Part shown: piece by piece, positions 30,026 through 40,448 of the stretch
How the letters are laid out: every line of letters begins with the position of its first letter
Numbering within the stretch: position 1 is the first letter of the stretch
Source: Deltaproteobacteria bacterium
Lineage (GTDB): Bacteria; Myxococcota_A; Polyangia; Polyangiales; Houyiibacteriaceae
Direction of reading: 5' to 3'
DNA length: 64,000 bases
NCBI GenBank assembly: GCA_034670305.1
Contig: JAXMNT010000035.1
Span: 1-64,000, forward strand
The notes under the pieces: generated by a model
Seen by the model: the letters and a program-made list of their open reading frames with translations, nothing else
Database searches by the model: none
What the model was told of the DNA's origin: nothing
Translations under genes and position numbers: made by a program

Positions 30026-30934
30026 CTACCTCCACCCCCGGACCCGCTCGATGAGCTCCACGCACAGCGCCTCGACGAAGTCTCCGTCGACGCTCTCTGG
30101 GAGGTCGCTCGCGGCGCGGGCCGTTCGAATGCGGGCGTCGTTGGACGCGCACACCTCGAGCAACTGTTCGTACGTCATCGCTCCATCGCGGATCGCGAGC
30201 AGCTCGTCGCGGTCGGTCCGCCGCACTTGCACGACGCCGGTCTCGAGGATCTCCACCGCCATGCGCTGAAGCCGAACGAGATGCAGCGCGTGTTTGGTGT
30301 CGAAGCCGTACTTCGCCTCGAGCGCACTGCGTTTCGGGTTCCGCGACTTCTTCCACTGCTGGTACTGCTGCCAGCGCGCCCGCGCCGAGCGGTACTGCTT
30401 CTCCTTGCCGAGCGTCGCGAGAAACGCCGGCGAGGCGTCGAGCACTCCGTCGCGTTCGAGCAGCGCTTCGGCGGCCCCGAGTTGATCTTTGGCCACCGCC
30501 GGCCGTTCGGGCAGCCCGAAGTCGGCGCGCACCGGTGCGGCTTTCGGAGGCGAGAGCAGCCACTGCCGATGGGTCTGGATGCGTTTGAGCTGACCGAGCG
30601 CGTAGCCACCGAAGGTGTCCCCGACCTGTGCGGTCACGAACCGGTCGCGCACCTCGAGCAGCCGCCGCCCGGCGTCTTCGAGCCCCTGGTGGTCGGAGGG
30701 ATCGGCGAACAACATCTCGAGCGCCATCGGGTTCGCGCGGGCGGCGAGGCGCAGGAACTTCCGGAGCTCGAACCGCACGTGGTCCGGCCCGAGCTCGACC
30801 TGCTCCGGTCCTGGATCGGGCCCGAGGTACCAGACGGGCGGACCCACCACGATGCCCTTCAGATCGGTGTCCGATCCTTCGCGCGCGAGTCCAAACGCCC
30901 GGCTGCCGTGCACGGTTTCGTAGATCAGGTCCAT
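30026..30934 (-). CDS. Pol-beta superfamily nucleotidyltransferase (RlaP/PF10127-like), copy 1
   Basis: [50 protein letters not shown]. Confidence 0.88.
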   Translation of the reverse strand: MDLIYETVHGSRAFGLAREGSDTDLKGIVVGPPVWYLGPDPGPEQVELGPDHVRFELRKFLRLAARANPMALEMLFADPSDHQGLEDAGRRLLEVRDRFVTAQVGDTFGGYALGQLKRIQTHRQWLLSPPKAAPVRADFGLPERPAVAKDQLGAAEALLERDGVLDASPAFLATLGKEKQYRSARARWQQYQQWKKSRNPKRSALEAKYGFDTKHALHLVRLQRMAVEILETGVVQVRRTDRDELLAIRDGAMTYEQLLEVCASNDARIRTARAASDLPESVDGDFVEALCVELIERVRGWR

Positions 30935-31028
30935 GGGCCGCGGAGCATAACCACGAGCGCGCAGGTTGCCGAGCCTCCCTGTGGGTCGGAACACGCAGCG
31001 CCCTGCGACTGTTGGCCCACAGTGAAGG

Positions 31029-31355
31029 CGGGTAGCGGTCGCGGTAGCGGAAGGGGAAACGGTCGCGGTCGCGGAAGCGGTCGCGGTCGCGGTCGCGGTC
31101 GCGGAAGCGGAAACGGAAGCGGAAGCGGTAGCGGTCGCGGAAGCGGAACCGGAAGCGGAAGCGGTCGCGGTCGCGGAAGCGGTCTCCGAAGCCGACCCCG
31201 ATCCCGAAGCCGAAGCCGACCCCGAAGCCGATCCCGAAGCCGAACCCGAAGCCGAACCCGAAGCCGAAGCCGATCCCGAAACCGACCCCGAAGCCGAAGC
31301 CGATCCCGAAGCCGACCCCGAAGCCGACCCCGAAGCCGAAGCCGACCCCGAAGCC
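31029..31355. repeat. Composite hexamer array (GGTCGC/GGAAGC then CGAAGC/CGACCC/CGATCC)
   Basis: Two periodic blocks between divergent genes. Confidence 0.95.
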
Positions 31356-31519
31356 AATCCCCTCCGAACGATCCTGAAGCCGATGACCCCGATGTCCGAC
31401 CCCAACCCTCCCCAGGGCGAACTTGCCCGCTGGGGCTGGGCAGCGCAGTGTGATCGGGCGATGCGCCTGCTCACCCGCGTTCGAAGTCACGCCTGGCCCG
31501 CTCTTGCGACTGTAGTCCG

Positions 31520-32644
31520 ATGATGGGGGTGGTTCTTCAGCGGGCTTCGTGGCTCTCGGTGGTCGGGCCGCTCTTCGTGCTCGCGGCGTGCGGCGAACCA
31601 GAGGTCGAAGAAGCGCCGCCCACTGCACCCGCGGTGCGGGTCGAGGTGCTCGAGACCACTGCGTGGACGCCGGTCGCCGAATCGGTCGCGACCCTCGATG
31701 CGGTCCGCCAGGCGAGTCTGCGCAGCGAAGCGGCCGGGCGGGTGATCGAGCGCTCCGTGAATGCGGGCGACCGGGTGACGGCGGGACAGGTGCTTTTGCG
31801 TCTCGACGTGGGCCGGGTCGCGACCGCGCTGCAAGCGGCCAACGCACAGGTCGGTCAGGCCCAGGTCGCGCTTGCTCAAGCAGAGCGGCAACGGGCGCTC
31901 GCGGCGCGGCTCGTCGAAGCCGGCGGCGCACCGCGGGGCCGATTGGACGACGCGACCGATGGGGTGCGGCTCGCGCAGTCGGCGGTGGAAGCGGCGCAGG
32001 CGCAGACCCGGCTGACGCGTCGAGGCATCGCGGAGTCGGTCGTGCGCGCGCCCTTCGACGGGACCATCGCCGAGGTGTTCGCCCAGGAAGGCGAGTTCAT
32101 CGGACCCGGCACGCCGGTCGCACTGCTCGTCGACCCCTCTGAACTCGAAGCGCGGGTGCTGGTGGATCCGCGGGACGCGCTGGACCTCCCGATCGGTTCG
32201 GTGGCCCGCATCGAAGCGCACGCGCGGCCCGGCGAGGTCTTCACCGGCGAGGTCGTGCGCATCGGCGAAGTCGTCGATCCGCGGACCCGGCGCCTGCCGG
32301 TCGTCGTGCGGGTCGAGGACCCGGACCGCCGCTTGCGCGCCGGGCTCTCCGCGCGGGTGCGCATCGACACCGGCGCTCCGGCCGACGTGCTCAGTGTGCC
32401 GCTGGACGCGGTGTTCGAACGCTACGGGCAATCTCAGGTCTTCGTGGTGCCGGCGGACTCGGACGTGGCGGAGCGGGTACCGGTGCAGGTCGGCCGCGCC
32501 CAGGATGGGCGCTTCGCGGTCGAAGGGCTCGAGGCCGGCGCGCGGGTGATCGTCGCGGGCATCGATCGGGTCGTCGCCGGGCGGCCGGTGCAAGTGGTCG
32601 AGGCGGTGGTCGAACGTCTGGTCGACCCCGAACCGGCGCCGTGA
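31520..32644 (+). CDS. RND efflux periplasmic adaptor (MFP)
   Basis: Lipobox LAAC; GDRVTAGQVL, VRAPFDG, DPRTR, LRAGL. Confidence 0.92.
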   Translation: MMGVVLQRASWLSVVGPLFVLAACGEPEVEEAPPTAPAVRVEVLETTAWTPVAESVATLDAVRQASLRSEAAGRVIERSVNAGDRVTAGQVLLRLDVGRVATALQAANAQVGQAQVALAQAERQRALAARLVEAGGAPRGRLDDATDGVRLAQSAVEAAQAQTRLTRRGIAESVVRAPFDGTIAEVFAQEGEFIGPGTPVALLVDPSELEARVLVDPRDALDLPIGSVARIEAHARPGEVFTGEVVRIGEVVDPRTRRLPVVVRVEDPDRRLRAGLSARVRIDTGAPADVLSVPLDAVFERYGQSQVFVVPADSDVAERVPVQVGRAQDGRFAVEGLEAGARVIVAGIDRVVAGRPVQVVEAVVERLVDPEPAP

Positions 32645-32651
32645 ACTCAGC

Positions 32652-32789
32652 TGCGTTCGTGAAGCCGGTGCGTTCGTGAAGCCGGGGTTCCTCGGGAAGC
32701 CGGTGCGTTCGTGAAGCCGGTGTTCCTCGGGAAGCCGGTGTTCCTCGGGAAGCCGGTGTTCCTCGGGAAGCCGGTGTTTCGCGTGAAGG
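32652..32789. repeat. 17/18-bp minisatellite (GAAGCCGGTG core), 7 full units
   Basis: Units gaagccggtgcgttcgt (17 nt) and gaagccggtgttcctcgg (18 nt) start at 32661, 32678, 32696, 32713, 32731, 32749, 32767. Confidence 0.92.
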
Positions 32790-32817
32790 TGTGCCTCACC
32801 CATGCGAGGTCGGCCCG

Positions 32818-35800
32818 ATGAACGCGGTGTTCCGCTTCGTCGTGCGGCAGTCGCTGCTCGTCAACTTGGTCGGGGTGACGATCGTGATCGTCGGCGCGGT
32901 GCTCCTTCAGGAGATGAACCGCGAGTCGATCCCGCAGGTCCCGACCGGCTGGGCGAGCGTGGTGGTGCCCTACCCGGGTGCGTCGCCGGAAGAGATCGAG
33001 CAGCTCGTACTCGACCCGATCGAAGAAGCCGTCTGGCGCGTCGACGACATCGCCGAGATGTGGGGACACGCGCGCGAAGGCATCGGCTACGCGTTCGTGC
33101 AGTTCGAGCCGCACGTGGAAGACGTCGCACGCGCGACGCTGGAGATCCAAGCCGAGGTCGCCTCGGTGCGTTTGCCCGAAGGCACCGAACGGCCGCAGAC
33201 CAAACGGTTCTCGGTCAACGTGCCCACCATCGCGATCGCGGTGCGCGGCGACGTGCCCGAAACGGTCTTGCGGCGGTTCGGTCTCGACCTCGCCGACCGC
33301 ATCGAGACGCTCGACGGAGTGGGCGAAGTCGGGCGCAACGGCATCCGAGAACCGCGGCTCTACGTGGACGTCGACCCGGAGCGGCTGGCCGCGCGCGGGC
33401 TTCCCCTCGAAGCGGTGACCCAGGCGCTGGCGGTCCGAAGCGCCAATGTCCCCGCGGGCACCATCGGCACCGCCGACGCGCGTCTCATCCGAGGTATGGC
33501 GCGGGTCGACGACGCGGCGGGGGTCGGCGCGGTCGTCGTGCGGCCCGACCCGCGGGGGGCGGTGCGGGTCGGCGACGTGGCGGACGTCGAACGCGGCTTC
33601 GCGCCCGCCAGTTTGACGGGCCGCGTCAACGGCGAGCCGGGCGTGCTGCTCCTCGTGCGCAAAGCCGCCCAGGCCGACAGCATCCGGATCAGCGAAGACG
33701 TGCGCGCGATGCTCGAAGAGATCGAACCGCCGGATGGGGTCTCGATCGAGATCTTCGGAGATGCCGCCCACGAGGTGCGCCGGAGCTTGAGTTCGCTCTA
33801 CGGCAACGCCGCCACGGGCCTCGTGCTCGTGCTCGCGCTGCTCTGGTTCTTCGTCGGCGGGCGCAACGCCACCATGGCGGCGCTCGGGGTGCCCATCGCG
33901 CTCGCGGGCGCCTTCGTCGCGATGCACATCATGGGCATCACGATCAACGTGATCTCCCTGCTCGCGCTGATCTTGTGTCTCGGGATCGTCGTCGACGACG
34001 CGATCATCATCATCGAGAACATCTATCGGCACATGGAAGAAGGGCGCAGCCGCAAAGAAGCGGCCGTCATCGGCACCCAAGAAGTGTTCTGGCCGGTGGT
34101 GTCCTCGACCCTCACGACGTGCGCGGCGTTCATGCCGATGTTGCTGATGACGGGCGTGCTCGGGCGGTTCTTCGCGATCATTCCGAAGGTGGTCGTCGCC
34201 TCGCTCGTCGCGTCGCTCATCGAAGCCTTCTTCATCCTGCCGAGCCACATGGCGGACTTCGGAAAACTCGCGGGCAAGAAGCACGCGGCCGACCGCCCGA
34301 AGACCCGGTGGGAGCGGCTCGGAGAACGGTCTCGCGCGGTGTACGAGCGGGTGCTCCGGGGCGCGCTCCGGCGCCGCTACCTGGTCATCGTCGGTGCGTA
34401 CGTGATCGCCGGCGGGCTCGTCGCGGCGGCCGCGTTGACCAAAGACGTCGTGCTCTTCACCGATGGCGACGTCGACATGTTCGACGTGCGGCTGCACCTG
34501 CCGACCGACGCGTCCAAAGAAGAGACCGACGCGGTGGTGCGGCAGGTCGAGGCGCGGCTGCTCGCACTCGACCGCGAAGGCGTCGAGGCGGTGGTCGCCG
34601 CGCGCGGTCTGACGCGGACCAACATGGGCGTCGACCGAGGCGACCACCTCGGCATGGTCACGGTCTACTTGAAGCCGCAAGACCAGCGCGCCGAAGGCTC
34701 CGGGCATCGACTGCTCGCGGCCGCGCGTTTGGCCATGAGCGATGTGGTCGGGCCCTCGCGGCTGGAAGTGCTCGAGTGGCGACCCGGGCCACCGCGCGGG
34801 GCGCCGGTTGCGGTGCGGCTGCTCGGCGACGACCTCGATCGGCTGGCGGAACTCTCGGCCGAGGTCGCGGCGGAGCTGCGCGAGGTGCCTGGTGCGCGCG
34901 ACATCACGACGGACTTCGAGCTCGGCAAACAAGAGCTTCAGGTCCACGTCGACGAAGAACGCGCCGCGCTCTTCGGGCTGACCCCGGCGCACGTCGGCCG
35001 GTGGTTGCAGCAAGCGTTCGGCGAGCTTCCGGTCGCGACCTTCCGAGAAGGCGACGACGAGGTCGACGTGGTCGTGCGCTTGAACGAGCGGGCGCGGCGC
35101 AACGCCGCCGAACTCGAAGCCCAGCACCTCGTCGCCGCGGATGGCTCGTCGGTGCAACTTCGAGAGCTGGCGACGATCGAACACGCGCGTGGCCCGGCCG
35201 CGATCCACCACCGCGATCGAGACCGGGTCATCAAGGTGACCTCTCAGATCGACGAACGGTCGACCACCAGCGCCGCGGTCAACCGCGCGCTCTTCGAACG
35301 CATCCAGCCGCTCATCGACGCCAACCCCGAAGTCCGCTTCGAACTCGGGGGAGAGTACGAACGCACCACCGAGTCGCTCACCTCGCTCGGCAACGCGTTC
35401 GCGGTCGCGGTGCTGCTCATCCTGACCATTCTCGCCACCCAGTTCCGCAGCCTGCTGCAGCCCATTGTCGTGATGGCGGCCATCCCGCTCTCGTTCATCG
35501 GCGTGGTGATCGGCTTCTTCGTGAGCGGCGCGTCCATCGGTCTCATTGCGCTCATCGGCGTCGTGGGGCTGGCCGGCATCGTGGTGAACGACTCGCTGGT
35601 GCTCGTCGACTTCATCAACAAACGCCGCGCCTCGGGCACCGCGCTCGACGAAGCGATCGTCGAAGCCTCGATCATCCGGCTGCGTCCGATCTTCTTGACC
35701 AGCATCACGACCGTCGCGGGCCTGGTCCCGCTCGCGCTCGCCGGAGACCGCGCGCCGCTCTTGAGCCCCATGGCCACCGCGATCGCCTGGGGCCTCAGCT

Positions 35801-35982
35801 TCGCGACCATCCTCACGTTGGTCCTCGTCCCCTGCCTCTACCGAAGCGTCGACGACCTCTCGCGTCTGCTCACGCGCCTCACCGCCCCCTTCGTCCGCTG
35901 GATCACCGACCCCGGCGAAGCCACCGACGGCTCGGTCGACGACCTCGACCCCCCGCCTTCCACGGCACAGCCCGCCGAGTAG
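32818..35982 (+). CDS. RND efflux permease (AcrB/CzcA superfamily)
   Basis: YPGASPEEIE, GIVVDDAIIIIENI, GIVVNDS, RLRPIFLTSITT. Confidence 0.95.
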   Translation: MNAVFRFVVRQSLLVNLVGVTIVIVGAVLLQEMNRESIPQVPTGWASVVVPYPGASPEEIEQLVLDPIEEAVWRVDDIAEMWGHAREGIGYAFVQFEPHVEDVARATLEIQAEVASVRLPEGTERPQTKRFSVNVPTIAIAVRGDVPETVLRRFGLDLADRIETLDGVGEVGRNGIREPRLYVDVDPERLAARGLPLEAVTQALAVRSANVPAGTIGTADARLIRGMARVDDAAGVGAVVVRPDPRGAVRVGDVADVERGFAPASLTGRVNGEPGVLLLVRKAAQADSIRISEDVRAMLEEIEPPDGVSIEIFGDAAHEVRRSLSSLYGNAATGLVLVLALLWFFVGGRNATMAALGVPIALAGAFVAMHIMGITINVISLLALILCLGIVVDDAIIIIENIYRHMEEGRSRKEAAVIGTQEVFWPVVSSTLTTCAAFMPMLLMTGVLGRFFAIIPKVVVASLVASLIEAFFILPSHMADFGKLAGKKHAADRPKTRWERLGERSRAVYERVLRGALRRRYLVIVGAYVIAGGLVAAAALTKDVVLFTDGDVDMFDVRLHLPTDASKEETDAVVRQVEARLLALDREGVEAVVAARGLTRTNMGVDRGDHLGMVTVYLKPQDQRAEGSGHRLLAAARLAMSDVVGPSRLEVLEWRPGPPRGAPVAVRLLGDDLDRLAELSAEVAAELREVPGARDITTDFELGKQELQVHVDEERAALFGLTPAHVGRWLQQAFGELPVATFREGDDEVDVVVRLNERARRNAAELEAQHLVAADGSSVQLRELATIEHARGPAAIHHRDRDRVIKVTSQIDERSTTSAAVNRALFERIQPLIDANPEVRFELGGEYERTTESLTSLGNAFAVAVLLILTILATQFRSLLQPIVVMAAIPLSFIGVVIGFFVSGASIGLIALIGVVGLAGIVVNDSLVLVDFINKRRASGTALDEAIVEASIIRLRPIFLTSITTVAGLVPLALAGDRAPLLSPMATAIAWGLSFATILTLVLVPCLYRSVDDLSRLLTRLTAPFVRWITDPGEATDGSVDDLDPPPSTAQPAE

Positions 35983-35985
35983 ATC

Positions 35986-36099
35986 GGCGTCGGCCTCGGC
36001 GTCGGCGGCGGCTTCGGCTTCGGCTTCGGCGTCGGCTTCGGCTTCGGGATCGGCTTCGGGGTCGGCTTCCGCCTCGGGCACGGGCACGGGCACGGGCAC
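35986..36099. repeat. (GGCDTC)n array followed by (GGGCAC)4
   Basis: Starts within a few nt of the RND stop; lies between convergent genes. Confidence 0.93.
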
Positions 36100-36116
36100 G
36101 GTCCCGATCCGGACCG

Positions 36117-37226
36117 CTACCGGTTGCACACCAGACCGCGAAAGCGCAGCTCGAACTCGCGGCCCGCGGCGACGACGTACGCGATGCCGCCCGCGCTGCC
36201 TTGGTCGACGAGCACCACATCCGCGGCAAGCATCGGCGTCGTGGTGAATGGTTCGAGTCTCCGAACCGCCGACCCGCTCAGTGGCGCGTAGACGAGCGAG
36301 CCGTCCGCGAGGACGAAGAGCGCTTCGGTTTCGTTGGTGACCACCCGTGAGATCCGCGCTCGCAAAGGCAGGTCCGACGTGTCGAGGTTCCGCCGCGTGC
36401 CGTCGATGCCCAGCACCTGGAGCTCCGTACGTCTCGGATCGGCGGTGCGCGTCGAGGCGATCACGACGCCACCGCTCAGTGGATCGGGCGCGGCCTGAGC
36501 ACTCTCGACTTCGATCTCGGGCTCGGTGCCAAGCGCACCGGTGCGGCCGCTCTCGGTCCGGTAGCGCACTTCGGTGGGGCGGCCACCACCGACCACCACG
36601 AACACTCCGTCGCGGCTGAGCACGGGTCCGCCAACCACGGTGGGAAGCTCGCCCACGCTGCCGAACGCCGCCAGATCGTCGGAGGCGAGATCGAAACGGT
36701 CGTACAGGCCCTCGCCCTGCTCGACCACGAACGCACCGTCGTAGCCGCTGCTCGCGCGGCAGTTCCACGACCCGAGTTCGATCGTGCCGGTCGGTGCCCC
36801 GTCGAACGACCACTTCTCGAGCGTGCACAGCCCGTTGCGCAACATCGCGAACCCAGCCGGGGTGGCGTACGCCTGGTCCGCGGGCGCTGCGGTTCGCACC
36901 CAGGCCGTCTCCGGCATCGCGCGGACATCGACCCGAGCCACGTCCGCGGTCTCTGGTCCACGCTCCGCGACCAGCAGCGCCGTTGGCCCGCTGGGATGCA
37001 CCGTGCCGCGGATCCGCCCGTAGGGCTCGATCGAGGTCGCTACGAGCACGTCGCCTTCGTAGCTCCAGCGACAGGGAAACGTGTCGAACCCGCCGTCGGG
37101 GGCGGGCGCATCAAGCAACAGCGCGTCGGCGGGCGTCGCGTCGGGCGCGCCCGGTTCGACCAAGAGACCCGTCTTCGATCCGCACGCGCTGAGCAGAGAG
37201 AAGACAGCGGCGATGGCCCAACGCAT
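36117..37226 (-). CDS. Hypothetical lipoprotein
   Basis: MRWAIAAVFSLLSAC lipobox, then CGSKTGL. Confidence 0.75.
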   Translation of the reverse strand: MRWAIAAVFSLLSACGSKTGLLVEPGAPDATPADALLLDAPAPDGGFDTFPCRWSYEGDVLVATSIEPYGRIRGTVHPSGPTALLVAERGPETADVARVDVRAMPETAWVRTAAPADQAYATPAGFAMLRNGLCTLEKWSFDGAPTGTIELGSWNCRASSGYDGAFVVEQGEGLYDRFDLASDDLAAFGSVGELPTVVGGPVLSRDGVFVVVGGGRPTEVRYRTESGRTGALGTEPEIEVESAQAAPDPLSGGVVIASTRTADPRRTELQVLGIDGTRRNLDTSDLPLRARISRVVTNETEALFVLADGSLVYAPLSGSAVRRLEPFTTTPMLAADVVLVDQGSAGGIAYVVAAGREFELRFRGLVCNR

Positions 37227-37315
37227 CCGGCATCGTACCGGAGTCGGGCGGTTCATCGAGCGGTGTCGTTGTGAGCGTGGGGCCGTGGGCGTGGCCGTGT
37301 GAGATCGGGTGGCCG

Positions 37316-37433
37316 CGGCCGAAGCCGGAGGCCGATTCCGAAGTCGATGCCGAAGCCGAAGCCGAAGCCGAAGCCGAAGCCGAAGCCGATCCCGAAGCCG
37401 AAGCCGAAGCCGATCCCGACGCCGAAGCCGAAC
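37316..37433. repeat. (GCCGAA)n-type hexamer array
   Basis: Tandem gccgaa/cccgaa/gccgat units next to the stop at 37442. Confidence 0.93.
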
Positions 37434-37441
37434 CCGCCAGC

Positions 37442-38479
37442 CTAGCGGCGGCGGCGGAGGCACATCAGGGCGGCGGCCAAGAGCCAGGCTGCGGTGCCTC
37501 GGCCGCCGGCGGCGCAGCCGTGTGGCTCCACGGGCAGGGCGCTCGCGTCGACACCACCGGCGTCTTCGATCGGTCCGGCGTCGCGCTGGAGGGCGACCCG
37601 TTGAAGCGCGCCTTCGACCGCGTTCCGGTCGACGACCGGCGGCCGCACGGTGACCACTGAGGTCGCCAGGCGGCGGTCGGTGTGCACGAGCAGGGCGCCC
37701 TCGACCTCGACCTCGTCGCCTGCACTCACGACGTCGCCCTCGAAGAAGAACCCGGTCGTTCGTCCGGACCCGAGCCGCACCGCTTGGGTCGCGCCGAGCT
37801 CGCTGAGCAGCACCGGCACGTCGACCCCGAGCCGACACCCACCCGCGCCGCCGGCGCCGCGGCCATCGCAGGTCATGAGGAAGAGTCGGGTGCCGTCCGC
37901 GTTCAAGGCCGCGACGGTGTTCGCCTGGCGGCCGACGTCCCACGCGAGCGCTTCTTCGGGGTACGACGCACCGTTGATGACCACATCGTCGGAGTCCGCG
38001 CGCGTGCGCTCCCAACGGAGCGTGCCGTCTTGCAGCAGGTGCGGACCATCGCCGGCACCCTCTTCGTCAGCGGCCGGCATGCCGATGCGCACCGCGGTGG
38101 GTTCGTCGTGCACGCTCTCACTGCCACCGACAACCAGCGCCGGGTGGCCAGGACGAAGCGCGCGCGCGTCCACCGCCAAGTCGGCGCCGTTCGCTTCCGC
38201 GAGGGAACGGAGCGAGCCAGGACCTGCCACCCAGGAGATCCCCACCGACGCGTGGCTCAGATCCACGATCGCGACGTGGTAGTTCTGCCGCACCCCGGAT
38301 GCGTCGACGCCGGAGCGGTGCAGATGCCGCACCCCATCCATGGTCAGCGTCCATCGGTCGACCCACTCAGCCGTCGTCCTGGTCGTCCTGGCCGCTTCCG
38401 CGACCGGCTGCGCATACGCGGGCGCACCCACACAGAGCGTGGCGGTCGCGCAAAGAGCGAGGGCGAGGCGCATCGACAT
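37442..38479 (-). CDS. Phosphodiester glycosidase (NAGPA)-like protein with MYXO-CTERM-like tail
   Basis: GPHLLQDG, LFLMTCDGR, LGATQAVRLGSG (canonical NLDGGGS is altered); GC..TM..RRRR tail. Confidence 0.6.
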   Translation of the reverse strand: MSMRLALALCATATLCVGAPAYAQPVAEAARTTRTTAEWVDRWTLTMDGVRHLHRSGVDASGVRQNYHVAIVDLSHASVGISWVAGPGSLRSLAEANGADLAVDARALRPGHPALVVGGSESVHDEPTAVRIGMPAADEEGAGDGPHLLQDGTLRWERTRADSDDVVINGASYPEEALAWDVGRQANTVAALNADGTRLFLMTCDGRGAGGAGGCRLGVDVPVLLSELGATQAVRLGSGRTTGFFFEGDVVSAGDEVEVEGALLVHTDRRLATSVVTVRPPVVDRNAVEGALQRVALQRDAGPIEDAGGVDASALPVEPHGCAAGGRGTAAWLLAAALMCLRRRR

Positions 38480-38535
38480 GGGTGTGGGTACAGAGGTCAC
38501 GAATCGTCACTCGAACTGGGGGAGAAGCCGCCGCA

Positions 38536-39240
38536 CTAGAAGCAGCCACCTTCAGGGAGACACCAGGCGTCGCCCATCGTCGCACCGGTGGGCAGGACGA
38601 CGATCACGTATCGGTTGGCCGCCACGAGGGCGCCGTCGCTTCGTTTTACGTTGTAGCGCCAAGAATATGCCCGGTTGCAGACCCGCGGCACGGCGTCTCC
38701 AAATGCGAAGCGCGCTTCGTACCCCAGCAGCGTCGTGCCCGTGACCGCGCGAAACACTTCGTTCTCCTCGTCGATGAGCGCGACGTTGTCGGGCGGGTCG
38801 GCGAACACTGGCAGCGACTCGACGTAGAAGGTGGCTGCGGTGGCCCCGCCGAGATCGGGGTCCCCGAGCGATTCGAACGCGCCGGTGTAGTTCTCTCCGC
38901 GGCCCCGGATGACCCGCTCGATCGAGACCTGCAGCGCCGACGCCGGGTTCTCCCTCAAGAAGAACACCGTGTCCCGGTCGGGCGAGGTGTTGCCGAGCGG
39001 GTTGAACCCGAGCGTGATCTCGGTCGAGTCGAGAAACCCGTCGAAGTCCGTGTCGGCCAGGAAGGGATCGGTGCCGCGTTCGCGTTCGGTCGCGTCGCAG
39101 AGCCCATCTTCGTCGGAATCGATCCGAGGATCGACGAACCCATCCTCGACCACCGCGTCCTCGCCGCCTCCATCTCCCGGCGCCGTCGATGTTCCGCACC
39201 CGATCCCGAAGACCCAGAGCAGCAGAACGGAGAAGCGCAT
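38536..39240 (-). CDS. Lipoprotein with TSP3-like Ca-binding repeats
   Basis: GIGC lipobox; DSDEDGLCD..E...GTDPFLADTDFDG. Confidence 0.75.
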   Translation of the reverse strand: MRFSVLLLWVFGIGCGTSTAPGDGGGEDAVVEDGFVDPRIDSDEDGLCDATERERGTDPFLADTDFDGFLDSTEITLGFNPLGNTSPDRDTVFFLRENPASALQVSIERVIRGRGENYTGAFESLGDPDLGGATAATFYVESLPVFADPPDNVALIDEENEVFRAVTGTTLLGYEARFAFGDAVPRVCNRAYSWRYNVKRSDGALVAANRYVIVVLPTGATMGDAWCLPEGGCF

Positions 39241-39369
39241 ACCGCTCCAGCCTGTCGAGTCCGCCCCCCAACGTCAATGCCCACGCCCGTCGAGCCCGTC
39301 GAGCGAAGCGAGCCGGCACCCGCCGAACGTCCGCCAGTCTCGCGAAGCGGCTCCCGCCCGTCGATTGGT

Positions 39370-40227
39370 CTAGACGGGCCGCAGGCGGCGCAAGCTGACG
39401 ACGCGGCCGCCCTTGCCGCCCGGATCGACGGGCGGGAGCCGCTCCACGAGGCGTTCGATCCAGCCCGACGCGTGGATCATCGCTGCTTCCACGTGCAACT
39501 CGGAGAAGTTGCCGTCTTCGAAGATCAACACGAGCCAGTAGATCCCACCGAAGCCGCGGGCCAAGAAGCCGAGATCCGGATCGTGGACCGCCAGGCGGGT
39601 GCGCTCTCCTTCGTGCCCCTCGAGCATGCCTCGAAGCGACGTGACCCCTGCAAACCAGCGCAGCGCATCGCGCCACTCCTCTTCGGTCCGTTCCACGCCA
39701 GTCGCCGCCGCCCGCACATCGACGAACGCGCGCGCGAGCTCCTCCGGCAGTTCGCTCGGTTCGCCCGCGAGTTCCTTCGCGAGATCGATGTTCGACGCGT
39801 CCGCCATGGTCAACGCTTCGGCCGCCTGGCGGGCGTCGTGCATGTCCTCCGGGCCGCGGGCGGAGTGTCCCCAGATCATGGGAGACGATTCGTCCACGAC
39901 CAGCGCGGTGCGCGCGCCAGTCTGCGTAGCGACGACATCGAGGGCGTCGTCGAGTGCGCGCCGGGGCTCCATCATCGGCCGAGGTGGGGTGGAGGGGCGG
40001 TCGAGGGTGAACTTGAATCCGCGGATCAAGAGCTCGAGGCGACCTCTCAACGCGTCCAGCGAAGCCTCGGGCGGCTCGTCGAACACCACGACGAGCCGGT
40101 GGTCGTGGTCGGGAAGCACACACCAGAGCAGGCCATCGGCGGGTTCTCGGCCTCCGAGTTCGAGGCGCGCGTCGTCTGCGCCGAGCTCGCGTTTGACCAC
40201 TTCCAACAGCCGAAGCACGTCTTCCAC
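39370..40227 (-). CDS. Hypothetical protein
   Basis: Protein-like composition; GTG start inferred. Confidence 0.7.
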   Translation of the reverse strand: MEDVLRLLEVVKRELGADDARLELGGREPADGLLWCVLPDHDHRLVVVFDEPPEASLDALRGRLELLIRGFKFTLDRPSTPPRPMMEPRRALDDALDVVATQTGARTALVVDESSPMIWGHSARGPEDMHDARQAAEALTMADASNIDLAKELAGEPSELPEELARAFVDVRAAATGVERTEEEWRDALRWFAGVTSLRGMLEGHEGERTRLAVHDPDLGFLARGFGGIYWLVLIFEDGNFSELHVEAAMIHASGWIERLVERLPPVDPGGKGGRVVSLRRLRPV

Positions 40228-40377
40228 CGGGGCACTGTGCCCGACATGGGCGGGCTCGTCATGGTTCTTCGTACGGTTGTATGGCCTCGACGCGAATCGA
40301 CGGGGTTGGCCGCGGAGAAGCCAGATTGGACAAACCTCCACAGTATGGTTGCGCTTTTTGCGGGTAAGGAGTGAGAA

Positions 40378-40406
40378 TGCGCCCCCGGGCCGGATTCGAA
40401 CCGGTG
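40378..40406 (-). other. tRNA 3'-end-like fragment (T-arm plus acceptor strand)
   Basis: Minus strand CACCGGTTCGAATCCGGCCCGGGGGCGCA; no matching 5' half upstream. Confidence 0.4.
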
Positions 40407-40448
40407 GGGGTTGAATGACGGCCGGTTCCCCGGAGGGATGAGCTTTTC

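Noticed and set aside
32652-32789. CRISPR array
   Set aside because: Units are contiguous, only 17-18 bp, have no unique spacers, and no cas genes are present
32647-36828. Long antisense or alternate-frame ORFs (also 11403-13421, 17636-19186, 49385-51886, 62285-63964)
   Set aside because: Shadows of well-identified genes, with Arg/Pro/Ala-rich non-protein composition
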